Both the position numbers and the translations under genes were made by a program. From positions 8,804,001 through 8,868,000 of the forward strand of contig CM059452.1 in assembly GCA_030390025.1 (NCBI GenBank): DNA of 64,000 nt, read 5' to 3'. Below are positions 1 to 14,339 of this stretch, piece after piece. Each line of letters begins with the position of its first letter. Positions within the stretch are counted from its first letter, which is position 1. Source of the stretch: Squalus acanthias. Taxonomy: Eukaryota. The notes beneath the pieces are model-generated. The model worked only from the letters and a program-made list of their open reading frames with translations, was not told the DNA's origin and did no database searches.

Positions 1-289
1 GAAATAGGAGGCGGCCAAGGACAGATCCTTGGGGGACAACAGAGGTAAAGTGCCTACACTTATGAGTTGTTAGTTGGTATGATTGGACCACGTTAAGGGT
101 GAGTGTGAGGGGTGGCTAGTGAGATGGGGCAGTGTTAAGATAGATAGAGAGGGATGGGTGGAGGTGCAAGGTAAGATTGTGTGAGTAACGATGTGCAGGA
201 GTAGGGTAGGGAAGGCAGAGTGATGGGGATGTGATGAGTGGCACAGCAGGATGAGGTTGACTGTGGCTTGGCAGTAACGTTTCGTGATC

Positions 290-470
290 TACTGGGATCA
301 TTGAAAGGGTTGTGCCACTGCAGCCTGGTCCTCCTCACGACATCCCTGCTTATGCCCTTGAGTGCAATGTGAAACCAGGCTGCGTTGGTCTCCTGGGGAG
401 GACTCTTCCACCCATTGGAAGGGTAGAGAACCTGCTTGCGTGCTGTGACTCCCTCCATAAGCATATGGAG
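290..470 (-). mobile_element. Degenerate Myb/SANT-like ORF fragment, probably from a PIF/Harbinger transposon
   Basis: Translation LMEGVTARKQVLYP...ETNAAWFHIA...RDVVRRTRLQWHNPFND resembles the Myb-like (NAIF1-type) accessory protein of Harbinger elements. Bases 1-50 match the L2 RT copy at ~18308-18355 in reverse. Confidence 0.5.
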
Positions 471-2070
471 GGAACCTGGGTGCAGCCGTGCACCTTTGTG
501 CAGTGCTTGTCAGTATTTGCCGCACCTCAGCGCTGTAGAACACTGACAGCAGAACTGTTTATATCAATTGTGGGCATGACCCCTTTGAGGAAACCGGCTG
601 ATGATGCGTCAACAGATGACGTCATCAGACCCGCTTCATTTTAATTGGCCGGGAACCTCGCAGGGCGGGTTTGACAAGCTCAGTCAGAGCAAAATCACTT
701 GGAAGAGGTGGGATGACGACGGTTGTGGTTTTTGCGGACGCTTTCTACTCAGGCAGCACCGGACTCGCCTTGGCTGGCGAAATCGCGTCCTTCGTATTCG
801 TAATAAATTCGAATAACAAATCCATAAAATATGTGTAAAGTTCAGCATATTGCTTCCAAGCTTGTAGCTTTAACAGTAGGACTGCGTGATCTCATAGAAC
901 ATCCTCCTTCCGATTCCGCAGTGCTAGAGTTGGCTGACCCGCCTCCCTCTGGTCACTCGTGGTCACCTCTAGTTCGGCCTGGTCTGTAGCTGTAGTATTT
1001 CTTCTTTCTCCCGCCAGTTCCTTTCTCCCGGGTGGACCGAACTTGCCGTCTGTTCTCAGAAACGTCACTGTTACAATCCCAATGGTTCACTTAAAACATT
1101 ACCGGCAACTGGTTGGACAACTCAAACTTTAAGTCTCACTCTTAACAGTGTATTAACTAAGAAACTCCGATTCACAAACTGTTCCTTTCTTTAAACCTCT
1201 GAATACATCTCTAGAAATATTTAAACATTTATGAGCACCTGTCACCTTCTTTCTCCCTCAAAACCTGTCTGCTTTAGGTGTCAAAAATACTCTATCATAT
1301 AAATTAATTTTAAAAGAACGATCCCCCTTTCTCGTCTATTCCCATATCTGCCCAACGGAAGTGATCTGTTGTATTGTGAGATACTATTTTGTCAATCGCT
1401 AATCATACGTCAAAAATTTATATTGAGCCAGCCTTGCTCATAAGCTGTGAAACTCCTTTGACTTTTTCTCACATAAAGTTAAGGCAACAAGACATTAGAT
1501 ATAAAGCATTGCTTTCCATTACTTATCCCAGATACTTCCTATCTTGGTCACTCAACATTCCCTCATTAAACCGTGTAAAACTTCTGACGAAAGGTCAGCG
1601 ACCTGAAACGTTAACTCTGTTTCTTTCTCCACAGATGCTGCCTCACCTGCTGTGTATTTCCAGCACTTTCTCTTTGTATTTTTGTAAAACTTGGGTGTGC
1701 CCGTTCTCTGGACTCTAATTGGAACCAGCTGCTACCTGTGAAAATGTCTTTTTTTCTAGCACAACTTTCTGAAGTACCCACGGTTCGTAGTATCAACGCT
1801 CTCAATTTCCCCAAGGTTCCACGGGACTGCTGCTAATCCCATTTTAGGTCCACTTCCCTATATACCGCTGCTCCATTATTCGGAATGTTGCGTCAATTTC
1901 AGCTGCGAGCCACTAGATGGCAGCGTTTTACTGTAATGAGATTGATACAGTTTGCTGTATTGCATTTCCTACCATTTAACATTATGGCAACAATGCTTGA
2001 CTAAAATAGAAACAGTGATATTTGTACAGCAAAATTTCCTCCAGTTAAGTTATTGTGGTGCTCCGTGTCC

Positions 2071-2258
2071 ATTTCCCTGTGCTCTGGGTTGGCCGTTTCC
2101 CCTTCAGTTCTATCAGATTATACGAACACTCCCTTTCCATTTACCTCTGCTCTGGGTTGGCCGTTTCCTCTTCAGTTCTGTCAGATTATACTAACACTCC
2201 CTTTCCATGTACCTCTGCTCTGGGTTGGCTGTTTCCAGTTCAGTTCTATCAGATTATA
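2071..2258. repeat. 68-bp tandem repeat, about 2.8 copies
   Basis: TCTGGGTTGG recurs at 2083, 2151 and 2219. Confidence 0.9.
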
Positions 2259-2890
2259 GCTGGATGAACAGACAAGTTATAGCGTAAATCAAAATGCAGC
2301 GTAAAGATACATAAATATGCAAACTGTGGGAAGTAACAGCTCTCAGATAGGCGAAGATCCTGTTTGGTAACGATAATACAAAACGCATCAGTGTGACTGA
2401 CAATACCTTTGATACTTTACATTACGAAAAATGTTAGAAGTATTTAAAGCTGGGAACAAAAAGCATACTGTAGAGAGAAAAAGACCCCATGAATCAGTGA
2501 GTAAATGTGCCAACTGGTGTTACCAAATGCAGCCAGGAAAGTTCTAGAAGAAGTTGCCGGTCTGTACTGAGTGAGCGATGGAGCGGTTACAGTGGGTGTC
2601 AACCCTCCATTTCCACGTTAGATCGGGGATCAATCAGCCGGAGATCCTGCTCCCGATCGCTATCTTACTATCACTCTAAGTGTGAATCAGGAGTGAGGAG
2701 AAGTTTGGACTCACCTTTGATCAGCTACATGGTCCAATCTCACCATCGAGTCTCGCTGAGGTACCGAATGGGGCTGGAAGAGCCGGAAACTTTTGTAGAT
2801 AGAATCAGCAGCTAAAGCAGAGGAAGAAAGGCACATGTGGGACCCAACTGAAGTTCTCAATATGAAGATACAGATATATAAAAAGGACAT

Positions 2891-3523
2891 TGGTGCCCAT
2901 CAAATAACAATGGTGATTAGTGTCCATCAAATAACAATGGTCATTGGTGTCCATCAAATAACAATGTTGATTAGTGTCCATCAAATAACAATGGTCATTG
3001 GTGTCCATCAAATAACAATGGTCATTGGTGTCCATCAAATAACAGTGGTGATTGGTGTCCATCAAATAACAATGGTCATTGGCGCACATCAAATAACAAT
3101 GGTCATTGATGTCCATCAAACAACTATGGTCATTGGTGTCCATCAAATAACAATGGTCATTGGTGTCCATCAAATAACAATGGTCATTGGTGTCCATGAA
3201 ATAACAATGGTCATTGGTGTCCATCAAATAACAATGGTGATTAGTGTCCATCAAATAACAATGGTTATTGGTGTCCATCAAATAACAATGGTCATTGGTG
3301 TCCATCAAGTAACAATGGTCATTGGTGTCCATCAAATAACAATGGTCATTGGTGTCCATCAAATAACAATGATCATTGGTGTCCATCAAATAACAATGGT
3401 CATTGGTGTCCATCAAATAACAATGATCATTGGCGTCCATCAAATAACAATGGTCACTGGTGTCCATCAAATAACATTGGTCATTGGTGTCCCTCAAATA
3501 ACAATGGCCATTTATGTCCATCA
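2891..3523. repeat. 27-bp minisatellite (TGGTGTCCATCAAATAACAATGGTCAT), about 23 copies
   Basis: Repeat is directly visible and produces the 9-aa periodic ORFs on both strands. It ends ~270 bp upstream of a V leader. Confidence 0.97.
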
Positions 3524-3788
3524 ACGCTGGCGCTGGGCTATAGTTGTGAATTGTGTTCGCGGTTCTAGTTTCTTCACTTTGTTTGGCTGTCCCGCCCTTT
3601 CCAATACCGAACCTATCGGTTTCTGGGAGACGCCTAGTAGAGAAAACTGACAGCCGTGATTTGCATATTGCTCATTTATCCTGTATTGATGTCCACGTAA
3701 ATGCAAATGCCGCAGTTGAATATAATAACCTTCTTTTATGTGCAGCGTGTACTTCCGTACAGTGTAGTACTTGCACACAGAATAAAAC

Positions 3789-4713
3789 ATGACCACGGCT
3801 CATTATTCCCAGTGTGCGTTATGGACCATAACAGTACCCGTCAAAGCGCTACTTTTCCTCTTAACTGTTCTACCGGGTAGGTATTTCATGAGATTGTAAT
3901 AGTTCATTTGTTTATTAATGGTAGTTATATTTCTCCTCTAATGTTTATTGTCTCCACTGTTGACAACACTGCCATTTTGACGTACGGTTCCTCGGGTTTT
4001 GCCCCCCGGTCAGTGAGTGTCCGCAGATTATTCCAAATAGCCACAACATGGCCGGTCACTGTAAACACGGCAGATTCACGGAGATGCATATTCCCGCGGG
4101 AACGGGACCCAGGCTGATTAACCCACATGTTCCGAGACACTGTGACCATTGTACCGTCCACAGCCTGCGATCAGCTAAATGAGGCGCGAAAGCTTTGGAC
4201 CTTCCCATTTTGTTTCGCATTGGCAGTGCGGTTAACAGCTGAATCAGAAGGGAGATGTTTGTTTGATTGTGTGGTTGTTTGGGTGTATGTGTCTGCGTAT
4301 GAATGTCTGTTTGTGTGTGTTGTCCAACTATGTGTTTGGTCTAAAGTAGAAAAACTCTTTATATCTAAATGTTCTATTGATAACTTCCTCTTACTCTGTT
4401 TCCAGAACCCAGCCGGCAGGATAACCTTTCTCAGGGGCCTTCACTAGCAACAGTGAGTGAAGGAGATACTGTGCTGTTGCCCTGTAACTACCCCGTCATC
4501 TACACAGCCGCTAACCTATTCTGGTATGTACAGTACTCGGGAACAGGCCTGCAGTATATGCTCGTCAGACACACTGCTGGGAATGAAGAGAACGCACCGG
4601 CCTTTACAAAGCGGTTTTCTGCCGTACAGGACAGAATGAACAAAAATATCCCTTTGAACATCACACACACCCAGCTGTCTGACTCCGCCGTGTATTACTG
4701 CGCGGCTATGTAG
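3789..4713 (+). CDS. TRAV/DV: TCR alpha/delta V segment (leader 3789-3876, V exon 4406-4713); frame open except for a terminal TAG
   Basis: Leader ...VKALLFLLTVLP-G with phase-1 GT donor. V exon has LPCNY, LFWYVQ and DSAVYYCAAM. RSS is CACGGCG (4714) - 23 bp - ACAAAAACT (4744). Confidence 0.9.
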
Positions 4714-6942
4714 CACGGCGTTACATGAACCCTTGACACTGATACAAAAACTACCAGTCCCAGGTCTTGTCAGGTTTGTGAATTCCCCGCTTCTACCATC
4801 CCCCCACACAGAAAACCGGCACAGTGGGCGGACTCTCCGTCTACACCTGACTTTAATGATGGAATGTGTTGTTAACTTTGGGACTTCCTGAGATTGTGAA
4901 AGGCGCTGTATAAATGCAAATTCTTTCTTCCTTTCTTTTTATTTACTTTATAAGAATGCTCTTATAATATTGAATGACCTTTTTTAAATCATCCCGTGAC
5001 CTTCTCTAAGGAGAACAATTCCAGCCACCCCCAGTCTCTCCATATAACCGAAGTCCCTCATCCCTGGTATCATATTTTGGTCCGATTTGTTTTATACCGT
5101 GTCCTCGCTCCTGTTTAGGAAAATGCTCCCATGATTGATTCGATGGCCCAGCAGGTTAAGATCATAGTTCCATCTCCAGGTCTGTGCTGGTGGCAGTCGG
5201 GTTAATGACTGCGCTTAGCGAATAGTGAATTCACATTATCATTGGGCTCTGTCAGTTAACAGTTCAAGTTAAAATAATAGACTTTATACATATTCATCTT
5301 CTTCAATAACACAGAAAAGATGCCTCCTGGTGGTTAGGATAGCGAATAATAGTCTGTGTTTCTTCAATAAAAGTGACAGCTTGGGTTAGAATAATTTAAA
5401 TCTTTAACCGTATAAATTAGAATTAGAATTATACATGCAATTGACTAGTTGAAGGACATTCGGGTTCTCAGACCGGATCCCTCTACAGTCCAGGTGTGAG
5501 CTTCCCTACTGCAGACAACACCTCACTCATTTTCTCTCGGGGAAACGGTCTGCTCAAATATTCCATAATCTCCAGAAGTAACCGTGATGGATACCAGAAT
5601 ATCCATCCATAATCACAGTTCTCAGAGCCGCCACAGACAGCGCTCCCACATTTAGGCACAATTAGAAGCCCGGGGTTCACAAATAACATCGGACAAGGAC
5701 TTCCGAGTGACATGTTAACCTTCGTGTGCATAGTTACCTGAAGATCTTTTGGATCAAAGTGAATGTGGCGCCACTCTTCACCGACTGAGAGAGGAGAGGG
5801 ACAAGAAATGGAATTAATTCTGCCATATACCAAACGCACGGTGGCGATAATGTGCTTCTTTTTCAAATGCAAATAGTGACTGCAGCATTTTGCAATCGTT
5901 ATTCAGTGTTAGCCTTAACCAAAATCTAGAATCTTAACGGTAACGGTTATTCTTTTGAAACGTAACATTGAATTCGATCATATTATGATCGCTGTTGGAT
6001 GAATGTTCTCTTACTATTAGATTATTGACTAATTCTGGTCATTACTCCTTACTAAATCTAGTATAGCCTACCCTCTTGTTGGTTGTATAACGTGTTGCTC
6101 CACAAAGCTAACTTGAAAGCACTCAAGAAATTCACTACCTTTCTGGCTTGAGCTACTCTGCTCTTCCAAATCTATATGAATATTAAAGTTATACAATTAA
6201 AACTATTCTGCTTTTGCTACAAGCCTCATTAATTTCTGAATTAATGCATTCAACCAGTTAATCGCTGCTGTCAGGAGACCTGCAGACAACTCCAATTACA
6301 GTTTTACTCCACTTTTATTCCTCATTTCTGACCATAGAGTCTCACTGATTGCTTTCTCTCACTTACATTCTCTCTTACTTATATTGCAATCTTATTTTTA
6401 ATCATAAAGGCTAATCGAGGGTCAGCTCCTAATTTGAGAATCCAGCGAAGTAAAGCACATCGGTGCGACACCTGCTCTTGTTTTAGGGAGGGAAGTGCAG
6501 ACTGGCACCGCTTCTGCTTTGTACTTTAGGAGTACCTGAAGTTTGCAGCGCTGAAGTAGGTCATTTCCCCCTCAAAACTGAAAGAGTCCATTCGGCCCAC
6601 CATGTTTGTGCCAGGCCCACCATTCGGCCCACCATGTTTGTGTGGAGTTATCCAAATATAGTCAAGCTTATCCACACTCTCCATAGTCCTGTATCCTCTC
6701 CTCAAAATGCCATCAGCTTTCAGACTTAGAAAAGACATCTACTCCTTTTGCCAGAGGACTCCATCATTTTAATAACTATATGCATAACCATCTGCAGTTT
6801 ATGAAGGAGGAAATGTAACGATACAGTGTAACTATGAAGAAAGCTCAACCACGGAGCGTCTGCACAATAGCACAGCAGGTAATGAGATACCGCTTGGCCA
6901 CAACACTTGGATGTAACCTTTCGCTTCACAGATTTTACTAAA

Positions 6943-7088
6943 NNNNNNNNNNNNNNNNNNNNNNNNNNNNNNNNNNNNNNNNNNNNNNNNNNNNNNNNNN
7001 NNNNNNNNNNNNNNNNNNNNNNNNNNNNNNNNNNNNNNNNNNNNNNNNNNNNNNNNNNNNNNNNNNNNNNNNNNNNNNNNNNNNNNNN
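6943..7088. other. Assembly gap (run of N)
   Basis: 146 N characters. Confidence 1.
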
Positions 7089-9289
7089 GAAAGAAAGACA
7101 CGGTGGGATATGTGTACTGTGGGGATTAAAGCAGGGACAGGGTACTGGATTTGAATGATCAGCCATGAACGTATTGAATGGTGGAGCAGGCTCGACGGGC
7201 CGAATGGCCTACTCCTGCTCCTAGATTCTATGTTTCTATGTTTCTATGACACCTCTAGACTGTGCTCACCCTGTGCTCTGGGACCTGAATATACTTTGGT
7301 TGACTATTCTGACCAATGCTGATCTCTGTGTGACATTCCCTAATTTAAATGTCTGAACGTCACACATAGATTACCATTTCTTTTTCACTTTGGAACCAAT
7401 TCGCCCCCAGATCCGCACACCCATGAACTCCTTATCACCACAGTGACCCTTCCTCATACAAATTACAGGATATTAAAACCCAAGTCTGAGATCAACCAAA
7501 CGCCACTTCCTTATTTAGCTCCCTACTGCACTACTTTTTCGGCATTTCTGATGTCCTGCACTACAAGCCTTCTCATCGGCTTCCTAACACAAAACTGAAT
7601 TCAGTTTTCTCAAGCACCAAACAACATCTTCCTCCGCATCTGTCTGCTTCTAAAATGCATTTTTTCAGATAGTAGAAGTTAACATAATTGCCAAGAAGCC
7701 AGTGGGGAGACGAGGAGACATTATTTTACTCAGCAAGATGTTATGATCTGGAATGCATTATCTGAAAGGCTGGTGGAAGCAGATTCAATAGTAAATTTTC
7801 AGAGGGAACTGGATATATTTTTAAAAAGGAAATATTTTCAGGTCTTTGAGGAAAAGCAGGGGGTGGGACTAATTGGACAGCTCCTTAGATGAGCCGACAC
7901 GGGCAGGAGGGGCCGAATGGCCTCCTTATGTGCTGAATGATTCTATGATTCTAAGTCTGGAACTCTCTCCCCCAAAAAGCTTTTGAGGCTAGGTCAACTG
8001 AAAATTAAAAAACAGATGGATAGATGTTTGTTAGGCAAGGCTATTAAGGGATGTGGAACGAAGGCAGGTAAATAGAGTTAAGATAGAGATCAGCCATGAT
8101 CTAACTGAATGGCGGAACAAGTCTACTCCTATTCCTATGTCCCTTTTCCCAGTGCTTGAGTGATCAACTGTTCAATATGAATAATTGTCACCCAAAACCA
8201 TCGTAAATTAGAACGGCTCATATACTTTCTGCAGCAGGTTAAGTTCCTTCGTGTTGGTTAAAACACATGATACTTGTGAGCGCAACATTATTCTGCAGTG
8301 AATCAAACAAATCTCCGAAATGTAACCAGAGAAGAACGCTTTTTCGATCTCAGCCACCTGAGACATTACAAGCTGTAAACTGGAAGTATTTACTCCCGTC
8401 CTATTCCCTCTGTCCTACAATATTTTCTATTTTGTTTCTTTTAACGCATCCTTAACATTGTGATTGACTCGCCCTCTATGGTCACTTGTGGTAATTTATT
8501 CCACATTCTAAGATAATATTATACATTACTATAATCATTCCGACACTAAGCCTAATGCTATGTTCCCTTGTTACTGGTCACCCAAGAAGTTCAGAAATGT
8601 ATAGTAATGGTTTGCTTAAGAGACGACCATTGCTCTATGTACCCTTTGCATCACAAATGTCTCCTGACCTTCCCTCTGGTGATTCTAGATCTACCAGCTC
8701 TGTATCTCCTTTAGTGACATGAAATCTTCCCCTTCTTATAAACATTATCATGGCTTTCTGTTTCATCCCGCCGCTGGCAACATGTCCATAATAAGTTCCT
8801 TAAATTTAACAATGTTATTAAACGTTCACACTTTCCTTCCACACCCTTAACATTAATTCTTGTCCCCTAGTCATCTAACCCTGCGACACCCTGAATCAAA
8901 ATTCTCCACAGTGGTAGCTTTCACTATTTAGCCTCTAATAGTTATTCTTAATATCGAGCACTAGATTTAGCTATCTGTGTTCCGGTAAACGCAGCTCTAG
9001 CTTTTCACATTTCTCACAATTTCGGAACAATGGGTGATCTTTAAGGAGGAGATGTTCCAAGTACAGGCTAAGTTACATTTCAACAAGAGGGAAGGTAAGT
9101 GAATCAAAACAAGGGCGCCTTGGATGACGAGGGAGGTAGAGAGATTGATGAAACAAACAAAGAGAGTGTATGATGCATGTCAGGTGAATTCTCCATGGGA
9201 GAAACAGACCAAATACAATAAGTTGAGAGGGGAAGTGAAGATAAAAATGAAGATTGGCAAAGAGAGAATATGAGAGTAGAATGGCGGAT

Positions 9290-10170
9290 AAGAGGCTTCA
9301 AGGGGATCTCGACAGGCACAGTGAGTGGGCGAGAACATGGCAGATGGAATATAATGTGGATAAATGTGAAGTTATCCACTTTGGTAGAAAAAACAGATAG
9401 GCAGAGTATTTCCTAAATGGTGAAAGATTGGGGAATGCAGATGCTCAAAGGGACCTGGGTGCCCTTGCACATGAGTCACTGAAAGTGAATGCGCAGGTGC
9501 AGCAAGTCATTAGGAAGGCAAATGGTATGCTGGTCTTCATTACAAGAGGATTTGAGTACAGGAGTAATGAAGTCTTACTCCAATTATTTCGGCATTGGTG
9601 AGACCACAGCTGGACTACTGTGTGCAATTTTGGTCTCCTTACCTAAGGAAGGATATACTTGCCATAGAGGGAATGCAACGAAGGTTCACGAGATTGATTC
9701 CTGGGATGGCGGGACTGGCGTATGAGAAGAGATTGAGTAAACTAGGCCTGTATTCTCTTGAATTCAGAAGAATGAGAGGGGATCTCATTGAAGCATACAA
9801 AATTATTACAGGGCTTAATAGGATGGATGCTGGGAGAATGTTTCCCTTGGCTGGGGAGTCTAGAACCAGGGGCCACAGCCTCAAGATAAACGGTAGGCCA
9901 TTCAGGACTGAGATGAGAAGAAATGTCTTCACACAGAGGGTGGTGAATCTTTGGAATTCTGTACCCCAGAGGGCTGTGGAGGCTCAGTCATTGTGTATAT
10001 TCAAAACAGAAGTCGATAGATTTCTGACTAGTAAGGGCATCAAGGAATATGGCGCTAGGGCCGGTGAATGGAGTTGAGGCAGAAGATCAACCATGATCTC
10101 ATTGAATGGTGGAGCAGGCTCGAAGGGCCGAATGGCCTACTCCTGTTCCTATTTCTTATGTTCTTATGTT
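9290..10170 (+). mobile_element. CR1-type LINE, 3' fragment
   Basis: ORF2 C-terminus RPQLDYCVQFWSPYLRKDI...; tail TTCTTATGTTCTTATG. Confidence 0.92.
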
Positions 10171-11087
10171 AACATAAAAGGGAACCCAAAAATCCTCTAC
10201 CGGCATGCAAACAGTAAGCGGGTAGTAAGAGGCGGTGTGGGGCCTATTAGCGACAAAGAAGGTGATATATGCTTAGAGGCGCAGGGCAAGGCTAGAATAC
10301 TCAATGAGTACTTTGTATCGGTGTTTACTAAGGAGGTGGATGCTGACAAAATATCGGTAGCAGTGGAAAAGTTAGAAGCAATGGAAGGGGAGTAAATTGA
10401 TAGACATGATATATTAGAAAGGCTTAAAGTGGATAAGTCACCTGGTCCAGATGGCTTGCATCCCAGGTTGCTAAGGGAATTGGGGGAGGAGATAGCGGAA
10501 GGGCTTGCCATAATTTTCCAATGTTCCCTAGATGCAGGGGAGGTGCCTGAGGATTATAAAGTGGCAAATGTGACACCATTGTTCAAAAATGGGTGTAAGG
10601 ACAATCCTAGTAACTGCAGGCCGGTCAGTTTAACATCAGTGGTGGGTAATGTTTTAGAAACTATAATCAAGAAAAAAATTAACGGGCACTTGGAGAGGGT
10701 TAAGCTAATTAAGGAGAGCCAACACGCATTTGTAAATGTTTGACTAATCGAATTGATTTTTTTTGGTGAACTAACAGGTAGGATCGATGAAGGGAATTTT
10801 AGGAAGGCGTTTGACAAAGTATCACATAGAATGTTGGTTAACAAAATTGAGGCTATTGGCAGCTTGGATAAGGAATTGACTTAGGGACAGAAAACAGCAA
10901 GTTGTGGTAAATGGCTGTTTTTCAGACTGGAGGATGGTAGACAGTGATGTTCCCCAAGGGTCATTGCTGGGGCCACTGCTTTTTTTTATATATATATAAA
11001 TGACATGGATTTTTGAATACAAAGTAGAATTTCTAAATTTGCCGATGACACCAAACTTGGGGGTGTGGCAAACAGTGAGGATGATAC

Positions 11088-11392
11088 GGTGCAACACGGC
11101 GGCATAGTGGTTAGCACTGTTGCCTCACAGCGCCAGGGACCCGGGTTCGAATCCGGCCACGGGTGACTGTGTGGAGTTTGCACATTCTCCCCGTGTCTGC
11201 GTGGGTTTCCTCCGGGTGCTCCGGTTTCCAAAGATGTGCGGGTTAGGTTGATTTGGCTATGATAAATTGACCCTTAGTGTTAGGGGGATTAAATACGTTG
11301 GGTTATGGGGATAGGGTGGGATATGTGTCGGTGCAGGCTCGATGGGCCGAAATGGCCTCTATCTGCACTGTGGGGATTCTGTGATTCTGTGA
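11088..11392 (+). mobile_element. tRNA-derived SINE (V-SINE/HE1-like) inserted in CR1
   Basis: A-box GGCATAGTGG, B-box GGTTCGAATCC, core GTGGAGTTTGCACATTCTCCCCGTG, tail GATTCTGTGATTCTGTGA. Confidence 0.88.
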
Positions 11393-12231
11393 TACTAATC
11401 GACTGCAACAGGACATAGAAAAGCTAGCAGAATGGGCAGACAAGTGGCACATGGAATATAATACAGAGAAGTGTAAGGTGCTGCATTTCGGCAGAAGGAA
11501 CAGGGCGAGGCAATATACACTTAATGGCACAGTTTTAAAGTGTGTGCAGTGACAGAGGGACCTGGGAGTTAATGTGCATAGATCCCTGAAGGTGGCAGGA
11601 CATATTGAGAGAGTGGTGAACAAAGCATATGGGATCTTGGGCTTCATAAATAGAGGTATTGAGTACAAAAGTAGAGAAGTTATGCTGAACATTTATAAAG
11701 TGCTGGTTAGGCCACAACTGGAGTATTGCGTCCAGTTCTGGTCACCACAATTTAGGAAGGATGTGAAGGCCATTGACAGGGTGCAGAGGAGATTTACCAG
11801 AATGGTTCCGGGGATGGGGATCTTAGCTACAAGGACAGGTTGGAGAAGCTGGATTTGTTTTAATTGGAGCAAAGGAGGATTGCGGGGTGATTTGATAGAG
11901 GTGTACCAGATTATGACGGGTTTGGATAGGCTAGACGGGGAAAGGCTGTTACCAATAGTTGATGGTACACGGACTAGGGGGACACAGATTTAAGGTTTTG
12001 GACAAGAGATACAGGGGGGATGTGAGGGAAAACTTTTTATACGCAGCGAGTAGTGAGGACCTGGAACTCGCTGCTGACGGAAGTGGTGGAAGCGGAGACA
12101 CTCAATATTTTCAAGGGGAGACGGGATAGGCACTTGAGGGAATAAACTTGCAGGGCTACGGGGATAGAACGGGGGAATAGGACTGACTGGATTGCTCTAC
12201 AGAGAGCCGGCACGGACTCGATGGGCCGAAT

Positions 12232-12550
12232 AGCAACACGGTGGCATAGTGGTTAGCACTGTTGCCTCACAGCGCCAGGGACCCGGGTTCGAAATCCGGC
12301 CCCGGGTGACTGTCTGTGTGGTGTTTGCACATTCTCCCCGTGTCTGCGTGGGTTTCCTCCGGGCGCTCCGGTTTCCTCCCACAGTCCAAAGATGTGCGGG
12401 TTAGTTTGATTTGGCTATGATAAATTGACCCTTAGTGTTAGGGGGGATTAAATACGTGGGGTTACGGGGATAGGGTGGGATATGTGTCGGTGCAGGCTCG
12501 ATGGGCCGAAATGGCCTCTATCTGCACTGTGGGGATTCTGTGATTCTGTG
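12232..12550 (+). mobile_element. Second, near-identical copy of the same tRNA-derived SINE
   Basis: Aligns along its length with 11088-11392. Confidence 0.88.
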
Positions 12551-13701
12551 AACGGCCTCCTTCTGTGCCGTTCTGACTCTATCTCTATGAGTCATCAGAA
12601 CTCTGTCGCTTGCCTGGTTCAATCTTAATGATTCTACTTTACGTTTTTTCCGTGGTTTCAATATTCTCTTTATAATTAGGTCACCAAAAATGAGCTCTGT
12701 GCTTGAAATGTGGCGTCAGCAGTGTTGTGCAGTTTCTGGGTCATCTATTATGCATAATCGTCATCATCATCATCATCAGCCGAGAATTGCTCTATTCTCC
12801 ATTCAGTCCCATTTGTGTCTCGAGTCAGTTGGAGATCAGAAGCTGCCGTTGGAACCGGAAGTGCACCTGTATCGTGCTGACGCACCTTAGACCGCAACTG
12901 TCACCCCAGGTTGCAGCAACAGTAAGCTCGACCTCACTAAATGGTTTCAACATAACCTCAACGGTTCAAAACATGTTAACGGTGAATGTTTGCTCAGCGA
13001 AACTTTATCACGTTGAAAGGGGCGTTTCATTCATTGTGGAAATAATTTTGCAGGTAAATGCAACAGAGATACAAAATCCGTCCTGATCAGCAGGTGGCAA
13101 ACTGAAAATGTAACACAATTATTTCCAGGGGAAACTCCGTTATTTATATATCCCTTGTTTAATTTGTCCTGAAATTCATCCAGGACCCTAAAAATCATGG
13201 TGCCTCGCATGGGCCTAACACCAAGAAGGAAAGGTTCAATATTTACACAAATATTTCCTCCAAGATACTACTTTCTGCTACATTCAATGACACGCCATTT
13301 GATGCAGAATAAATTAATGAAATTTATTGTTCAAATTTTAAATAAACTAATTTAAACTCATATTTTGGAGCGGTGTTCGCGATGTCAGCAAGTTCACACT
13401 CACACACGGAGAGCGAACTACGATATTGTAAATTGATGCCTTGGAACCATTCGCGCTTTCCCTCTGAATAAAATGCTTGTCCTGTTTGGACCATGAGTGG
13501 TTGCGGTTTGTGCGGTTGGAATATTTACTTTGTCATTGGCTGGAGACTGCCGGCCGTGCTTTAACCCAAAGACTGAACCTCACGGCACACCCGCGGGGAC
13601 ACAAGAGCGGGACAACCGACCCTCAGTGCGGGTTGTTTCAGCGTCCAACTCGTGGCAGTTTCCGGAGGTTACAAAGTTAATAAACACACGGCGGAGCAGC
13701 A

Positions 13702-14137
13702 ATGCGGTTAATCGCTATCTGTGCTGTGTTTGGAGCACTTAATACAGGTAATTATTCTGGGACCCGATTTTGGGTCAAATGTGAATTTAAAAATGATTTG
13801 GTTTTTGACGTTGGTTTGCATTTAATTCAGGTCTGAGCCAGGAAATCTCTGTCAGACAGCGGCTTCCGACAGTGAGGAGGACAGAAGGAAACATTGTAAC
13901 TTTAGACTGTATCTATTTCACCACCAAGAGTTCCTACAGCTTACTGTGGTCCCGCCAACACTCCGGCAGAGAACCGGAGCTTCTTGTTCGCAGGTTTCCA
14001 GGCGGTTACCAAATTCAAGCGGACTTTGCTCGCAGCCGTTTCTCCTCTGCGCTGGACGCCTCGAATGGCGCCTTCACCTTAACCGTCTCCAAACTGCGGC
14101 CTGCTGACTCCGCCACGCATTACTGCGCGCTGACTCT
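13702..14137 (+). CDS. TRAV/DV: TCR alpha/delta V segment (leader 13702-13747, V exon 13831-14137), open frame
   Basis: Leader MRLIAICAVFGALNT-G. V exon has LDCIY, LLWSRQ and DSATHYCALT. RSS is CACAGCG (14138) - 23 - ACAAAAACT (14168). Confidence 0.92.
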
Positions 14138-14339
14138 CACAGCGGTGGGAACCAGTTAGGCCCTCGTACAAAAACTAGCGGGGTCTTTATGCCCTGGAGA
14201 TCATCCCTATTCGGGGCTGTGCAGACTGGCAGTGAGAGGAAGCAGTGCTCGGCTCACGATGTGGTGTGAGGGTCACAGGGAGAACATATTACAGCGACCC
14301 AGAAACATTTTGACTGCAAATCGCCTTCAAACCTCCACA

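Larger units (their letters stand above)
10171..12590 (+). mobile_element. Degenerate CR1 LINE ORF2 (RT) with two nested SINEs
   Basis: Motifs DKSPGPDGLHPRLL, RPVSLTSVVG, FADDTK and YCVQFWSP; CTATGA-like tail at ~12585. Confidence 0.9.

Noticed and set aside
2805-3650. Long His/Cys-rich periodic ORFs on both strands; CRISPR-like appearance
   Set aside because: A 27-bp unit stays open by arithmetic. There are no unique spacers, no cas genes, and the context is vertebrate.
5483-5872. 129-aa ORF containing WIFWY as a V relic or new gene
   Set aside because: No YYC motif, RSS or splice structure, and no family I can recognise.
11095-11160. tRNA gene
   Set aside because: The A and B boxes belong to a SINE head (also at ~12240 and ~49500); there is no full cloverleaf.
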